A program made the position numbers and the translations under genes. The notes beneath the pieces were generated by a model. That model searched no databases and was not told the DNA's origin. It saw only the letters and a list, made by a program, of their open reading frames with translations. From Eledone cirrhosa (Eukaryota), in the NCBI GenBank assembly GCA_964016885.1, contig OZ024743.1:257610001-257674000 (forward strand): a stretch of DNA of 64,000 bases, given 5' to 3'. The stretch's first letter is position 1. Every line of letters starts with the position of its first letter. Shown here piece by piece: positions 12,972 to 26,824 of this stretch.

Positions 12972-13429
12972 CTGCCCCAACAAATGAATGATGAAACAAT
13001 TTTGTCTAGTACCGTGTGCAAAGACTGAAAGCAAGGTGGACAGCTCAATCTCTCGCTACTAAAAATAGCAGCCATTCAAATGACCAAAGGTTTCTCTACC
13101 ATTGGGGAGTGAACGGTTGCTATTTTTAGTAGCGAGAGATTGACCTGTCCACCTTGCTTTCAGTCTTTGCACATGGTACTAGACAAAATTGTTTCATCAT
13201 TCATTTGTTGGGGCAGATTTGTATGGCACAAGTTTGTATTTTGAACTCGGGAATCTTATATTCTCCGAGAGAGAAAAGCCTTCTGACGAGGATCTATTTC
13301 TCAATGGAAACTCGCTTGGATTATCTATTTGTTTTGGGATCTGAAACCGCGGTAAAGGCACATATAGTAAGTACAGTGAATTTTTTTAAATTTATTTAAA
13401 CATTTTTTCTTTATTTGCTTTTCCTTGAT

Positions 13430-13432
<3 letters not shown>
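12972..13432 (+). mobile_element. Non-coding element: ~105 bp-arm fold-back followed by a hammerhead, ending in (TA)n
   Basis: 12972-13078 is the reverse complement of 13109-13217; 13240-13432 is homologous to 1624-1815. Confidence 0.8.
13278..13359 (+). ncRNA. Type I hammerhead ribozyme
   Basis: GCCTT-CTGACGA-GGATC...GATCT-GAAA-CCGCGG-TA-AAGGC; palindromic stem III. Confidence 0.88.
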
Positions 13433-13463
<31 letters not shown>

Positions 13464-13489
13464 TAGAGATAGAGAGAGAGAGTAGGTGC

Positions 13490-14420
13490 CTCTTATCCAT
13501 GCTTACATATGGATGTAAAAACGATGACGCGAGAGTCCAGGTTTAAAGTGTTCTACCCCTGTCTTGTATTATGACGGCATTCCTACAAGTCCATCAGGAT
13601 TTAAAGGCTGTTTACTTTACTTGAAAGACTATATATCTTTCAAGTTTACTCACGAGCTGCCTCTCATCAGGCTATATATTTGTAAAAAAAAATAAGGTAT
13701 CCCATCGAAGAGATGAGAAAAAATACATGAAATATGGGTGGGAAGTGTGCTAGAGGGTTGTGAATTATATTTCTAATAAAAAAAAAACATGATTTTCAAA
13801 TAATTTTGAAAATAAGTGTTTTATAAAATTCAAATCTCGAGTTGAAATCTTTCCATAGAAATAGGGGTAGTAATAGTGCTTGTTGCTGTTAAGTCTCAGA
13901 TTAGCTCTGATGAAGCAAACTCATGCTTTCATAATGACCCTTTCTCCCTACTGTTTAAATATCAAGGATTTACATTGTGTAATGTGCCTCTTCATTTTAA
14001 AGAGAGCAGGGGTTGTTTTGAAGGTAATTTGGATTCTACTTTTAGCAAGTATAGCAACCATGTAATTAGTAACTCAGAAATAATACTAATGCACTGTCCT
14101 GTAGTCTTTCTTATCCTTCCAGCATCATCACAACTTTACATTCTGCCTCGACATGTATGCCAATTCTAGTTTCTGTCATTGCTTTAAATATAGTAGAGTC
14201 GCCCTGAATAAATTGATATATAACGATTCCAATACTGTAAAATATCTTGATAATGGCTAAGATAAATATTTCCACCAACCACTGTAATCCTACTTTCACT
14301 TTCAATTTTAAAACTATTCCATTTCAGACAGACTGCTATTTTCAGCTTTGTCGTATTTCTCTTTTTAATTATTTTTCTTTATTTTTCAAAGCAGAACTTA
14401 ATATTGCCAGATCTAAATTC
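13490..14420 (-). pseudogene. Highly decayed PLE GIY-YIG region and 3' end
   Basis: IVIYQF..GDST....TRIGIHV resembles the PLE endonuclease start; decayed CTGATGA-GAG..CTC core near 13650-13670 (-). Confidence 0.4.
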
Positions 14421-14749
14421 AGTATGTATGCTACTATGTGTGTGTGTGTGTGTATGTAAGTATGTATGCATGCATGTATGTTACTATGTGTGTGTGTGTA
14501 TGTATTTATGTATGTTACTATATGTGTGTGTATTTATGCATGTATATATGCATGTATATATGTATGTATTGATATTTTACCCCAAAATGTTCCCGACATG
14601 ACCACCACACATTTCAAATACGAAGTACTTACATTATCCAATGTGTACTTCCCTTTTTAAATCAATAGCATTTATTTTAGATATTTTTAGCAAGCTTGTA
14701 TAACAACTATGCAGTTAGTAGCTTGGTAATAATAATAATAATAATAATT

Positions 14750-17050
14750 GTTTCTACTTTGCAAATGGAACTAACCTTGGAGAAGGAAAACATCATGAGA
14801 GGTATATTTCTGGGTGATAGCTTATCATTGTTGTTGTTTGTTATTTGGATGATTCCTTTTACTTAAAACTTACAGAAGACACATGCAGGGTACATATTAG
14901 AAAGTAGGGAAAAGCTGAACCATTTGCTCTTTTATGGATGATTCAAAAGTTTTTATTAAGAGAGGGAGTGAGATAAATTGATTGGTTTCAACAGTGAATA
15001 TCTATTCAGTAGGAATATCAGGATGGAGTTTGGCATTAGAAATTGTGATATATTAATCACGAAGGAGGGAAAAGTGGTTACATTTGAAGGAGTGAAGCAT
15101 TTGGGGAAAGAATTAGGGACATTGAAGAAGCATGATATAGATATCTTGTATTAGAATATGATTAGATGAAGCAAAAAGATATAAGGCATGCATTTTCAAA
15201 GGAATTCAAAAGAAGCGTAACGTGTACTTAAGTTGAAACAATGACAGGTTTATGATAACAGCAATTAATTCATGGCTGGTAGCAGTGTTGAGATATAGAG
15301 CTTGAATTGTGAAATGGCCAGTAGATGAAATAAAATGCCTAGATAGAAAGATGAAGAAATTGATGACCATGTACAGAACACTCCACCTTAAAAGTGATAT
15401 AGAGAGAATATATATATCAAGTAACAAAAGGAGGAGAAGAATAATAGAGTGTGAAGAATGTGTGAGAACTGAGGAAATAACCTTGTTTGATATATCAGGA
15501 ATTTGGAAGAATTACTGTTAAAAGAAGAAAAAGAAATGGTCTCATTGATACTGAAAATGCTAAGCTTAAGAATGACTATAAACGGGGAAAAGAAAAATGA
15601 AAGTTGGCTAAATGGAAAGGAAAAATAATGTATGAACAATTTGTGAGAGAAATGCCAGACAACCCATAAGGAGAAATCTTGTGATTGGTTAAGGAAATCT
15701 GACCTCAAAACAACAACTGAAGCACTAATTTCCTCTGCTCAAGAGCAAGTAATCAGAACCTTTTTCTTCTTCTTTGCCTACTTATTCCTGGGAGGATCGG
15801 GGAGGTAGAGTCCTCAAACATTCCAGAAGCAAACTATTCCAATTGATCTGGCTGGATCACCAAGCAAGACCAGCCAAGCTCATGGATGTTATCCCACCAT
15901 CTTGCTCAGAGTTTGCTCCTTGATCTCCAGCCAGTTTGTTTTGCCTGTGGATTCTTTTCTGAGACATTCTAACCACATGCCTGTAGTATTGGAGATGTGA
16001 TCTCAATTCAGAGGAGTAACAGCTCTACCTGGAGTGACTCTCTGGTCTCTGAGCTATGCACTCTAATGAGTAACATTACTCCAAAGACCTTTCAGAGGAA
16101 CCCCATTTCTTTGCTTTTATTGGTGATCATAGTCTTTAGGTCATTACCCAAGATTCATTACCATAGGTAAGGGTTGGCATGAATACTGAATTTAAGATAG
16201 AGACTTTGGTATTTACACCTAACTCCCTTCTTCTAATTACTGAATGCTGAAGTTGGCGTATTACTGCACCAGCTCCTGCAATTCTTGCACTTAGTTTAGC
16301 CTCCAGCCTTCCATCACTCGTGAACACAGCCCCGAGATACTTGAGCTTCTCTACCTGCTTCAGTGGAACTCCATTCACATGTAGAGTGCACTGTATAATC
16401 AAAGCCAACTTGATAAAAAAACTGTGGATTCCCCACTATGTAAACCATGTGTGAAAAAAATAGAGACATTATTAGTGAATGCCCTAAATTAACCCACAGA
16501 AAATACATGAGAAGACAAGATGAATTTGCTAAGATTACATCAATTGGAAAATCTGTGGGAAGTATCATCTGGAACAAAATGAACTATGGTATGAACACCA
16601 ATCAGAGGGAGTTGTTGAGAATAATATAAAGGTGTTTCTACCACAATTATGTCGGGTCACCTTGTTGTGATAATATAATAACAACAAGGTGACCCGACAT
16701 ATTTGTGGTAGAAAAAAGAGAGAAGAAATATCAAATTACTGATGTCACCATTCCTGGAAATGAGAGGATCCACCCCCAAAATGGAGAAAGTTGATAAATA
16801 CCAGTACCTTAGAATTGAAGGCCAAAGAACATGGAACATGAGAAAGATTGAGGTTATGCCAATCGTGATAGGTGCTCTTGGTTGAGTGACCAAGAATGTA
16901 AGAAAATGGATAGAAAAATTTGGAATCAAGGCAAAAGTTTAATTTTGAGAAGGGCAATTGAAACATAAACCCCAGGAGAAAGTAACCATGTGTTCTTAGG
17001 TTATTGGTTATGACCTGTCCTCTTGGTTTAGTAATGCAGCAAGAGAACAG
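14750..17050 (+). mobile_element. Decayed R4/Dong-like (restriction-like endonuclease) non-LTR retrotransposon, split by an RTE insertion
   Basis: RGIFLGDSLS, KLNHLL..MDD, GMEFG, LDRK..LHLKSD, IISECPKL...RRQD, PDI, PIVIGALG motifs across frames; (TAA)n-like runs at both ends. Confidence 0.75.
15760..16400 (-). mobile_element. RTE-like LINE 3' fragment nested in the R4/Dong-like copy
   Basis: LKQVEKLKYLG..DGRL...PTLTYGNESW; (GAA)-rich tail near 15760-15775. Confidence 0.75.
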
Positions 17051-18682
17051 CCTGAGAAAGAAGAAATACTACCACTACTACTAATAATAATAAAACGGAA
17101 AATAATACTGATAATAATATAGTGGAGTCACCCAGGACAACTTGATATTGTGCCTCATGGAAAAGAAATTGATTTCCAGAATGGTTGAACATGCCAAAGA
17201 ATTAAACGTTTTAATTTTTTTTCCTATTTTAACACATGCATTTCACTTCATTTCCTGAATTAATATGGCTTAGATTTCATTATTTTAAGCATAGTGTTAT
17301 TAATAAAGAAATTAATTAATTATACATGATTAGTCAAATTTCATTAATGACTTTATAGCAGCTCCCTTTCCAAGATCGTTAAATCTTTTGAAAATTTAAT
17401 GAGAATTATATATGTAAATGAAAATACACATTTAGCAACAAATTCACATTTATTATTTTTTTGGGGTTTTGTCAATTGGATGATGTAGAGTACAGTCTCT
17501 CTCTCTCTCTCACACACACACAGACACATAGGGAATCACTAGTTTGAGATATTTAATTTGATACTTCACTCTTCTCACATTATTTATGTAGAAAGTCTGC
17601 TTATCTGTGTCTCATACTCAACCTTTAATAATGGGTAAATTGGCAGAATTGTTAGAATATTGGATTAAATGCCTTGCAGCATTTGTCCTGGCTCTCTGTG
17701 CTCTGTACTTTAATCTTTAATCCCATTGAGGTCAATTTTGCCTTTCATCCTTTCAGGATTGATAAATAAATTACCACTATTTTTGTTGTGGGGAGGATTG
17801 TCAGTATTGTTATAACGTCTGAGAGGTTGCTTTGTGCTATCAGTTCTGGCTCTGTGCATCCCATCTTGAAATATCACCTTTTACTGTCAATAGTTGTAAA
17901 TGGCAGATAGTATCAACAATGAAAAGACCAATGAAGACAGTTTCTTTGGTCCAGTCTGACAATCAGCTCCTTTCCTCTTCCTTCTTAACAGAACAGTGAT
18001 ACACAACACGATAATACAAGATGAAGTGTACCTGCAAATCAAATGTCCTGATTTGCCATGCACAGTGTCATGGTGCTTTCGCTTGAGAACTACACTGTGT
18101 AGATATGTCTGTATAGAATACTCAACCAGGAACACAATTTAATGAGCAGTGAGATGTTCTTGGCCAAACAACTGAATTTTTGTACACATCGTCACAAATA
18201 TGGAAGATCCATCTTGTTTGTGTGTCAATTAATGCTGACATCAAAATACAAAAATTCCAAAACTGAAACGAAATAAAAGATTATTCTTTCAATATTATTC
18301 TTTCAATATTATTCTATAGAGCCACATTGGAAAACAGTTTTAAAAGGGTAGCACTGATGATTAGAAGATTGTGGTGAGAGAAAGAAAATTTTTAGAAGGC
18401 AGAATATATATGTTGATGAAAGAATATAATTAGTAAAGTATAAATCAGCTTCAACTCTTAGTCAATATTATTTTAGAACAAAGAGATAACCTTATATTGT
18501 TATTTCCTAAAATCATAGTTAGAGACATTGAATTGTTCTATTTAACATTTGCTGTTTAGGTTAACAAAATGTCAGAATTTATCACTAGGCATTAGGATAA
18601 AGAAAAAGGTGAAGGAAACATTTAAAATATAAAAAATTATGTAAAAAATTATTCCTAACTTATCTGTTGTATATTATGAAAG

Positions 18683-18965
18683 AGTGCGGCTTAACGGTTT
18701 GAGTGTTTGACTCCTAGTCATGAGGTTTGATTCCTGAACCAGGTAGTGTGTTGTGTCCTTGAGCAAGATATAATTCACATTACTCTAGTTCATTCAGCTG
18801 TAGAAATTAGTCATGATATCATTGATGCCAAGCTGTATCAGTCATTGTCATTCTCGTGGACAACTTCGGTGGTATGGAGAGGAGGGACTGGCATGCATGG
18901 GTGACCGCTGGTCTTCCTTAAAAACACCCCACCTGGACTTGTACCACAAGGGGAAACTTTTCAGG
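18683..18965 (+). mobile_element. Old tRNA-derived CORE-like SINE
   Basis: Decayed A/B boxes; GTGTTGTGTCCTTGAGCAAGA...CAGCTGTAGAAAT shared with 39421-39745. Confidence 0.65.
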
Positions 18966-19669
18966 AGCAAATCCTGTGATATGATGCAACCGATAGAGTG
19001 AATTTCCTAAATCCAACTAATTTTAAGAGTGTACTGGGCGCATTTTATAGAAGAAATGTCTTTGACATAAGTGAAACTTCTCCTCAATCCTTTCGTCAGC
19101 ATAGTTTCAACAGCTAGATGTCCTTCTTAATTCCACCCACTTTACAAAGTGTTCGGATATTAATTACAAAGAGAAAATATAAACTGCAAGACACTGCAAA
19201 CACATTCCATAGAGTATTGTCAATACACTGGATATAAAACCTTAATGAAATACTGTGTATATCAAAGGCTCACAGAGCTGTACTTAGTGTTGCAGTGAAT
19301 ACACAACACAAATACAGCTACTGAAATAATAATATTGGTAAAATAATAATACTAATGATTGTTAAAGATAAACATTAGTGAGTTGAAGTAAAGTAATAGA
19401 CACATAATGATATTAGAAATAGAAAATAGGAATTAACGATTCTGTAATCCTATTGCTTGTAATTCAGTCATATCTGAGATAAAGTATAATTTTATGACGA
19501 AGATCTTTAATTAAATAATTGGCTACTTAGATTCCTAATGGTGTAATCGTTTTATATAGACATTTCTCACCCACTCACAAAATACACATGTGTGTATTAA
19601 TACCAATATAAAGCTTGATTTTATTTTGAAGTGGTTCTGTGTTTTATTTATCTCTCTCTCTACACACAC

Positions 19670-19731
<62 letters not shown>

Positions 19732-20809
19732 GTGTATCAGGCATCATTAATATTTCACTTTTATTGGCCTCTATTTTAATCGCTTGGCACAAAAGAAATA
19801 TTTTGCGCTATAATTGCCAAGTATTTATTCCTATAATTATTACATATGTATATATGTGTGTGTGTGTATATATATGCATATATATATATATGCATATATA
19901 TATATACACACACATACAGAGAGACATATATATATATATACACACATATTTATGCATATGTATGTATGTATGTAGAAGTGGGGGAGAAGATAGTCATATA
20001 CATTGAATGGTAGATAATACAAAACCTAGCATACCTCCATATACACAATACCATCTATAATCTATACACGATGGATGTAAGTATCTATTTGTATATTTGT
20101 CTCTAACCACTTCAAAAAATGCCAGGTAGATTCCAAACAACACTATCTCTGACCTTAGCTATCTTTATAGCCTGAAGCTAATTAGAAGTTAATTTGTGAA
20201 TTAATTTCACAATGCTAGTAGCTTAGACATACACATACAGACATTCAAAATAATTTATTGCAGTATCAGTCTTTCATAGTTTCATGATTGCTAGAAACAT
20301 TTCTCATTACTTGGAACCCTGTTCAGATTTTTCTGTTATTGAAAAAAATATTGTTGAAGCCATGTTATCTCTTGATACCAACCTGCTCAAAACCGGTTCT
20401 CTTGACATGCCTCTGTGTTAGTCCAAGAAAAAATGTCCTTTGTTCAATCAAAAGTATCCATCTGCATGGTATCACACCTACTAACATTCACATGGCCAGT
20501 AAAAGAAATTTTTTTGAAAAAAACATTAATGCCTATACCAGTGCAATCATATTTCTTACACGCTACATTCAGTTCCTCTTGGACTCAAATTTTCTCACAG
20601 TTTACTTGTACTCAGCCTTTCACTCACACCAACATTACACATCCAATGAAGCAGGCATGCTTCATTTCAATTTTTGCAACTGTAAATCTTTTGCACCTAA
20701 GGCTTATGTCTCACTGTAATGCAACAATGCAGTTCAAACACATGCATCATATACTTTGTCCTTCACTTTGAGAAATTGCTACAGATTACATTGATGACAA
20801 ATAATAATT

Positions 20810-20985
20810 GTTTCTACTTTTGGCACAAGGCCAGCAATTATCCAGTACATTACTGGTACTTTATTTTATCGACCCCGTAAGGATGAAAGGCAAAGTGAAC
20901 CTCAGCGGGATTTGAACTCAGACCGTAAAGGGACGTAACTATGCTGGAAAGCATGGCGTCCGACTCTCTACCGATACTGCCAATC
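20810..20985 (-). mobile_element. Second SINE family with a 21 bp target-site duplication
   Basis: B box GAGTTCAAATCC, centre CCTTTCATCCTTACGGGGTCGATAAAATAAAGTACCAG; TSD CATTGATGACAAATAATAATT at 20789 and 20986; relatives near 17640(+), 23470-23690(+), 25515(-), 46045(-), 55430(+). Confidence 0.88.
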
Positions 20986-21019
20986 CATTGATGACAAATA
21001 ATAATTATCTCTATTGTGG

Positions 21020-21335
21020 CTGGTGATTCCAATCGGCATGTTTTGCAAAGCCACAATGGTTTTTCTGCTATATATAGAGGCTATGGATATGGTACAAGAA
21101 TGAAAAGGGATGAAGGGTCCTGGAGTTTTGTTATGCATATGACTTAATGATTTGCAACACAAACATTAGGAAACAAGCCAGTTACCTGATTACCTATCAA
21201 TTAGGAGGACATACAAACCAAATACACTTTTTTCTTACCAGAAAACAAAATAAACAAATACTTGTAAATACTAAATTCTCCCCCAGTGAAGAATGTACCT
21301 CACAACATAGATTAGTTATCAGTGTCCTTAGTAAA
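21020..21335 (+). pseudogene. RTE APE endonuclease remnant
   Basis: ICNTN...LITYQLGGHTNQI...[13 protein letters not shown] similar to the 4765-7785 protein. Confidence 0.7.
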
Positions 21336-21619
21336 AGATAAACAGTATGTATGTATGTAGAATGAATAAATGCAATATAAATGGAATACATGTTTGATGC
21401 ATCTACATGTACGGTATATATGCATGATATATGTATTTACACAGAATCCATGTAAGGTGCATGAATGTATATTATATATAAAAGTAGAGAAGGTGTATGT
21501 GCTGCATGTCTGATACACATGGATATGCATTATGTGAGCATTATACATATGGGTATATATGATATGCATGTGTATGTATACATGTGTGTATGCATGTATG
21601 AGTCTATGTCTACACATGC

Positions 21620-21651
<32 letters not shown>

Positions 21652-24600
21652 GGGTTCTAGTGATGTATGTATGTATGTGTATACATGTGTATGCCTGCAT
21701 TTGGCATGTGTATAAGACATTTGGCATGTGTATATAGCATTTTTGTGTGCATGCTCACATCTACCAGTCCACATGCTTATATATATAGGTGAACGTTCCC
21801 TATTATTTATTTATCTCTCTACTCATTTATTTATTTTCATCTATTTACTTCTATATAACCTTTTTGAAATGTTTTAAAAAAACCTCTTTTTCTATTTACC
21901 TTCCAATTTCTGTGTGCATGCCTTAGCCCCACCCTCTCACTTCTTCCATCTTTTATTCTTATGATCCCATCTACGTCTTCTCCTCCCTTTCTATCCCATA
22001 TCTATTTTGACACCCTATCCAACATTATTTCCTTCTAATTTCTAGTCCCTATAGACACACTAACAATACTCTGCCCACATCCATCCCTCCTTCCCATCCT
22101 TTCCATTTGCAAGATTCCCTTGCCAGCTTATCATAATGGTAAATTTGACCATAGGGTGACCAACTTAGCAAGTGATCTATTTCCACACATCACATATACA
22201 AAGAAAAACATTATTCGTAACCCTGTACACCTTTGAATACACTTGCTGAATACAAGCCATAACCACTTGGCATTTCACTTGGGTTTTTACCTTCCTCTAT
22301 ACCTACTTTGCTTCTTCCTATGCATAGAGTACTTCCCTGATTTGTGGTCTTCCCAGTATCGCCCCCACCTCTCTCTCTCTCTATATATATATATATCGTA
22401 TATATATATTATATGTGTATGTGTGTATTTATACAAACAGATTTACATATATATATAATCTAATTAAACTTATAATCAAGAGTTTCATATGTATATTGTG
22501 TGTGTGTGTGTGTGTGTGTGAGCATATATAAATATATATATACAAACGCACACACAAACAAGCCAGCCAAATAGGGAAAACATTTTACCATTGAAAATTG
22601 TCAAAAACCCCCCAAAAATAACATAAAACACCGAAACAAAATTACAAAATTCTTCTTTTTCGTTTTTTACGCAAATTATTCATCTCTAGACTTCAATATA
22701 TTTCTACACAGTTTGCATTTTAATTTTTCAATTCCGTTTTGCATTCACTGAAAGAAGGAAATGTAATATTCGCAATCAAATTTTCTCTTCTTATCTCAAT
22801 TTAAATTTGAAATTTTACTTGGTTGCACTCTCAATACATTTCATTGAAACACTTAGAAAACATACGATATTAATTTGCAACATAACATTCTCTTACTTAA
22901 TCACATTACTGCTCCAAAGACTTTTTCCACTCATTTCTTATTCACTAAATCAAAACATTTTATTATTTTTGTTTATTAACTTTTTTTTGTTTTGTTTTAT
23001 ATTTTTGTGTCATGAATTATGAAATTCTGGAATGAAATAAAAGTGAATTATGTTTAATTTTTTAAAATTTAGTTGTTTTACCCAAGAGTTTAATATTCAT
23101 CTCTGGTGCTAAATTATTACACCTGATGCAAAAAGAACCCCAGTTTTAATATGTTTATCTGGTGCCTTGTTCAAATTAACTTTTAGAAAATTATTGTGGT
23201 TTACTTTTTGTCACTCTATCATAATGAATCCCGATGCTTTCTGTTTGAAATCATAATAAGCATGAAAGATAGAAAGAGATGGGCATTGCTAGGTTTAAAA
23301 TACCTAAGACATATCATATCATGGTACTCCTACGAATTCATCAAGGGGTAAGATCAGTGATAAGAATGAATCCAAAATTTAGGCTATTTGATTCCATCTG
23401 TTTGAAATCATTAAAGAGTCATTGTCATTGGATGTAATAGTTTTGTGGTGTTTATTTGGGTTAAATTTGTCTTTCATCCTTTCATGGCAACAATATAAAG
23501 TTTAGTGGGACTGAGAATTATTAGAGCCTTCCAGTATTTCTTTGAGCTCCCTAGACTTTGAGTTCAAATCTTACCAGGAGCAATTTTTTCTCTCATCCTT
23601 TTGAGTTCTATTAAGTGCTAGTCCAGTACTAGGGTTAATTATCCTCTCTCTGGATGAGATCAAGTTGTGGCCAAACCAGAAGAAGGATGGGTGCCAACAG
23701 ATTTAAAAGCTGCTATGATTATTTTCCAAATTATTTTCAAATAATTGGTAGCGTCCTTCATTAGAAATATGAGAATGAAAAGATTAATGTGTCAGCAGCT
23801 AAATATTCCACATACATGTATACCATTCACATGATTCTCAAGGAGATTCAGCAACAGGCTTCCTCATACTTCTATATATGCAATTTTACTTACACGGTTT
23901 GGGTTGACTTGAAATCTATAATAAAAAAAAACTCCCCCAACAAGTCATGTGTGGAATTGAACACAAGACAACATGATTGTAAAGTGAACTTCTTAACCAT
24001 TTGACTATGGCATATGGGTATGGTCCTAATAACTCATATTGCCACAAACATGATTAATAAAAACAATGATAATGATAAAATGTGGAATATCTTGTGAAAT
24101 GGAGGCAGAAAGTATTAAAACAAACTTGTTCTCTACAAGGAAAATAAATGGGCAAGGTGAAATATCTAAATAAGCTTTTTAGTTTTAGCATTAGGGTTGG
24201 CGTGGGTTTTCTGTGTATGGGTTTTCCTTTTTAAAATGGGAAAAATGTGATAAAATGACCTGTTTCAAGATAGCTCCATTTTTTTATTTTATATTTCATA
24301 CTTATTTATTTGTTTAACTATTTATTTACACCCAAACTATTTTTCTCTAGGTTGAATATAAAATGTAATATAGTTAGAAAATATTCTCTTGTATGAACTG
24401 TTGTATATTTTTACTGTCAGCTCCATCAATTTCTCTCGTAATACCTTAAACAATCGATAGATTAGACTGCATAATCTCTGTATTTCATCGCTCAATTCAC
24501 TGTAGCTGTACGGATGGATAGGCCATTAATGGCTTTAACACGATGGATTATTAATCTTTCAGAAAAGCACAATGATTGAATGCCTAGTCAATGAACATTT

Positions 24601-24689
24601 ATCAAAACTAGACTACACGCACAGATTAGAGTAGTTGCTGCAAGTTTAATCATTAAGATTATTTAATAAGATTTCATCCATAGTACTGT

Positions 24690-25250
24690 GTACATGTGGT
24701 TAGAATGTCTAAGGAAAGAATTGTAGGACAGCTTTTATGGGCAATGCCAATTGGCAGGAACCCAGAGGTAGACCTATGGTCATGAATCTTGGGAAATAAC
24801 CAAAAGAATATGTTCGTGAATAGAAGTGGTCAAAATAGAGTTCCTTTGAAGGATCTTTGGAGATATATTACTCAAAAAAGTATGTAGCTTGAAGATTAAA
24901 GAGTTGCTCCAAATAGCGTCACTACTTCTCAACATCAAGAGATCTAGCACTATGGACATGTGGTTAGAATGTCTTAATAAAATACAAAGAATTGCCAAAC
25001 AGATTTACAGGCAAGGCCAACTGACAGAAGATCCAGAGGTAGACCATGAGCAAGATGATTGGATACTACCCATCAGCTCAGTTGGTCTTGGTTGGAGATC
25101 CAGCCATATCAATTAGAAATGTATGCCTGAGAACTCTGTTGCCATAATCCTCCCAAGAAAAGAATGTTACTTATGACTAAATAACTAAAAGTCTTTCCCG
25201 TTCTTGCCTTTTTCAGAGAAGTAGACCTACAGCAATTTAAGCAGAACATA
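24690..25250 (-). pseudogene. Decayed RTE-like 3' fragments with an internal duplication
   Basis: CATGTGGTTAGAATGTCT...CCAGAGGTAGACC occurs twice (24693, 24957), antisense to RTE RH.L.HV/GRP-type motifs. Confidence 0.45.
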
Positions 25251-26754
25251 AACAACATTGATATCTCCAATCACAGAAGGGTTGTAATGGTATTAACACT
25301 GCCCCTTCCTCCTGACCTACCATGGGAAAACATCTTCTTTACCTCAATTGTGCTCTAATGCATACTAGTCTATTCTTGAATAATACCAGTCATATATCAG
25401 TTAGCTATAAGAAGTGATTGGTAGCCTCTATTTCTAGAGAAAGCAAAGATGTTAGTGGTTTCCCTTGACTCTTCTCATAGTGTAACATAATAGAAAGAGA
25501 AAGAAGAATCAACCCCAGTATGTGACTGGTACTTTATCGATGTTGAAGGGATGAAAAAAAAGTTTACCTCAATAAGATTTCAACTCAGAGAGTAACGAAC
25601 CTGAACAAACACTACAATATTTTCCATCCAATGATGTAAAAATAAAACCAAACATCTACTTAATAAAACACATCACACAGAGAGACACACCCACACATAC
25701 TATTATTGTAGCTATTAACCTTCAACATCTTTTGATTATTATTATAGAATAAATATTAGAAAATAATGCTATGAATAAATAGCTAAAAAAAATTTCTAAT
25801 CATATAAACACCTTTAATAATACTGAGATTAGCCAGCCACTAAGGTAAGCCAACTCCAAGCACTGGTGATAAAAAACAAAAAAAATAATATAATATTACT
25901 TCAAATGACCATAAGAAAAGAGTTAAAATATATTTAATATAAAATTAACTTCTGAAATAGAACAACTTTTGAAATATGAAAAGTAAATATAAAATAATAA
26001 TAATAAAAACTTAGTAACTAAAATTTCGAAAAAAAACAATCAAACAAAAGTAAACATAATGTCGAAATAACAAAAGGAAGTTCAATTTAACACAGAATCA
26101 ACAATAAAATCTGTTTCCAACTGAAGAGCAGTAATTCTCCTTTAATACAATGGAAAATGTTGCTAGAATTAGTTTTTTCTTTCGATTTAAGCTTTTGTTA
26201 AAATTTAGCTTATGACCAATGGCATTAATAATAATGTTGTTGCTTATTGTTTTGTTCTTTTTTCGTAATAATGAAACTTTCTGTAAACACAATATCACAT
26301 TTTCTCTCTTTTTCTCAATCTATCTCTCTATCTTTGTCAATCTATATCTCTCTCTCTATTTATCTGTCCCTCTTTCACTGTGTCTTTCAGTATTCTAAAG
26401 TGGTAATATGCTGTGATGACATGAATATAGTATTGTTTTCTGTTTATAGAATATATTTTTTGATGATTTCTAAGCATTGAATTAGACAAGGTAAACGTGT
26501 ATTTGTGTTTGCTTGTATGTATGTATGTATATATATATATATATATATATATTATAAATATATATATATACATATATATATATATACACATAAATATATA
26601 CATATATATATATATACATATATATATACACATATATATTTATATATATATATATACACACATATATATATATATAATATACACACATATAAATATATAT
26701 ATATATATATATACATATGTATATACACAAATATATATATATACATATATATAT

Positions 26755-26816
<62 letters not shown>

Positions 26817-26824
<8 letters not shown>

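Noticed and set aside
17880-18135. Hydrophobic 82 aa ORF or possible host exon on the minus strand
   Set aside because: The candidate AG..GT exon has stops in all frames and no family motif I can support
24420-24690. TAAT/ATTA-rich unique sequence resembling a conserved enhancer (also 44100-44700)
   Set aside because: Cannot be supported without cross-species alignment
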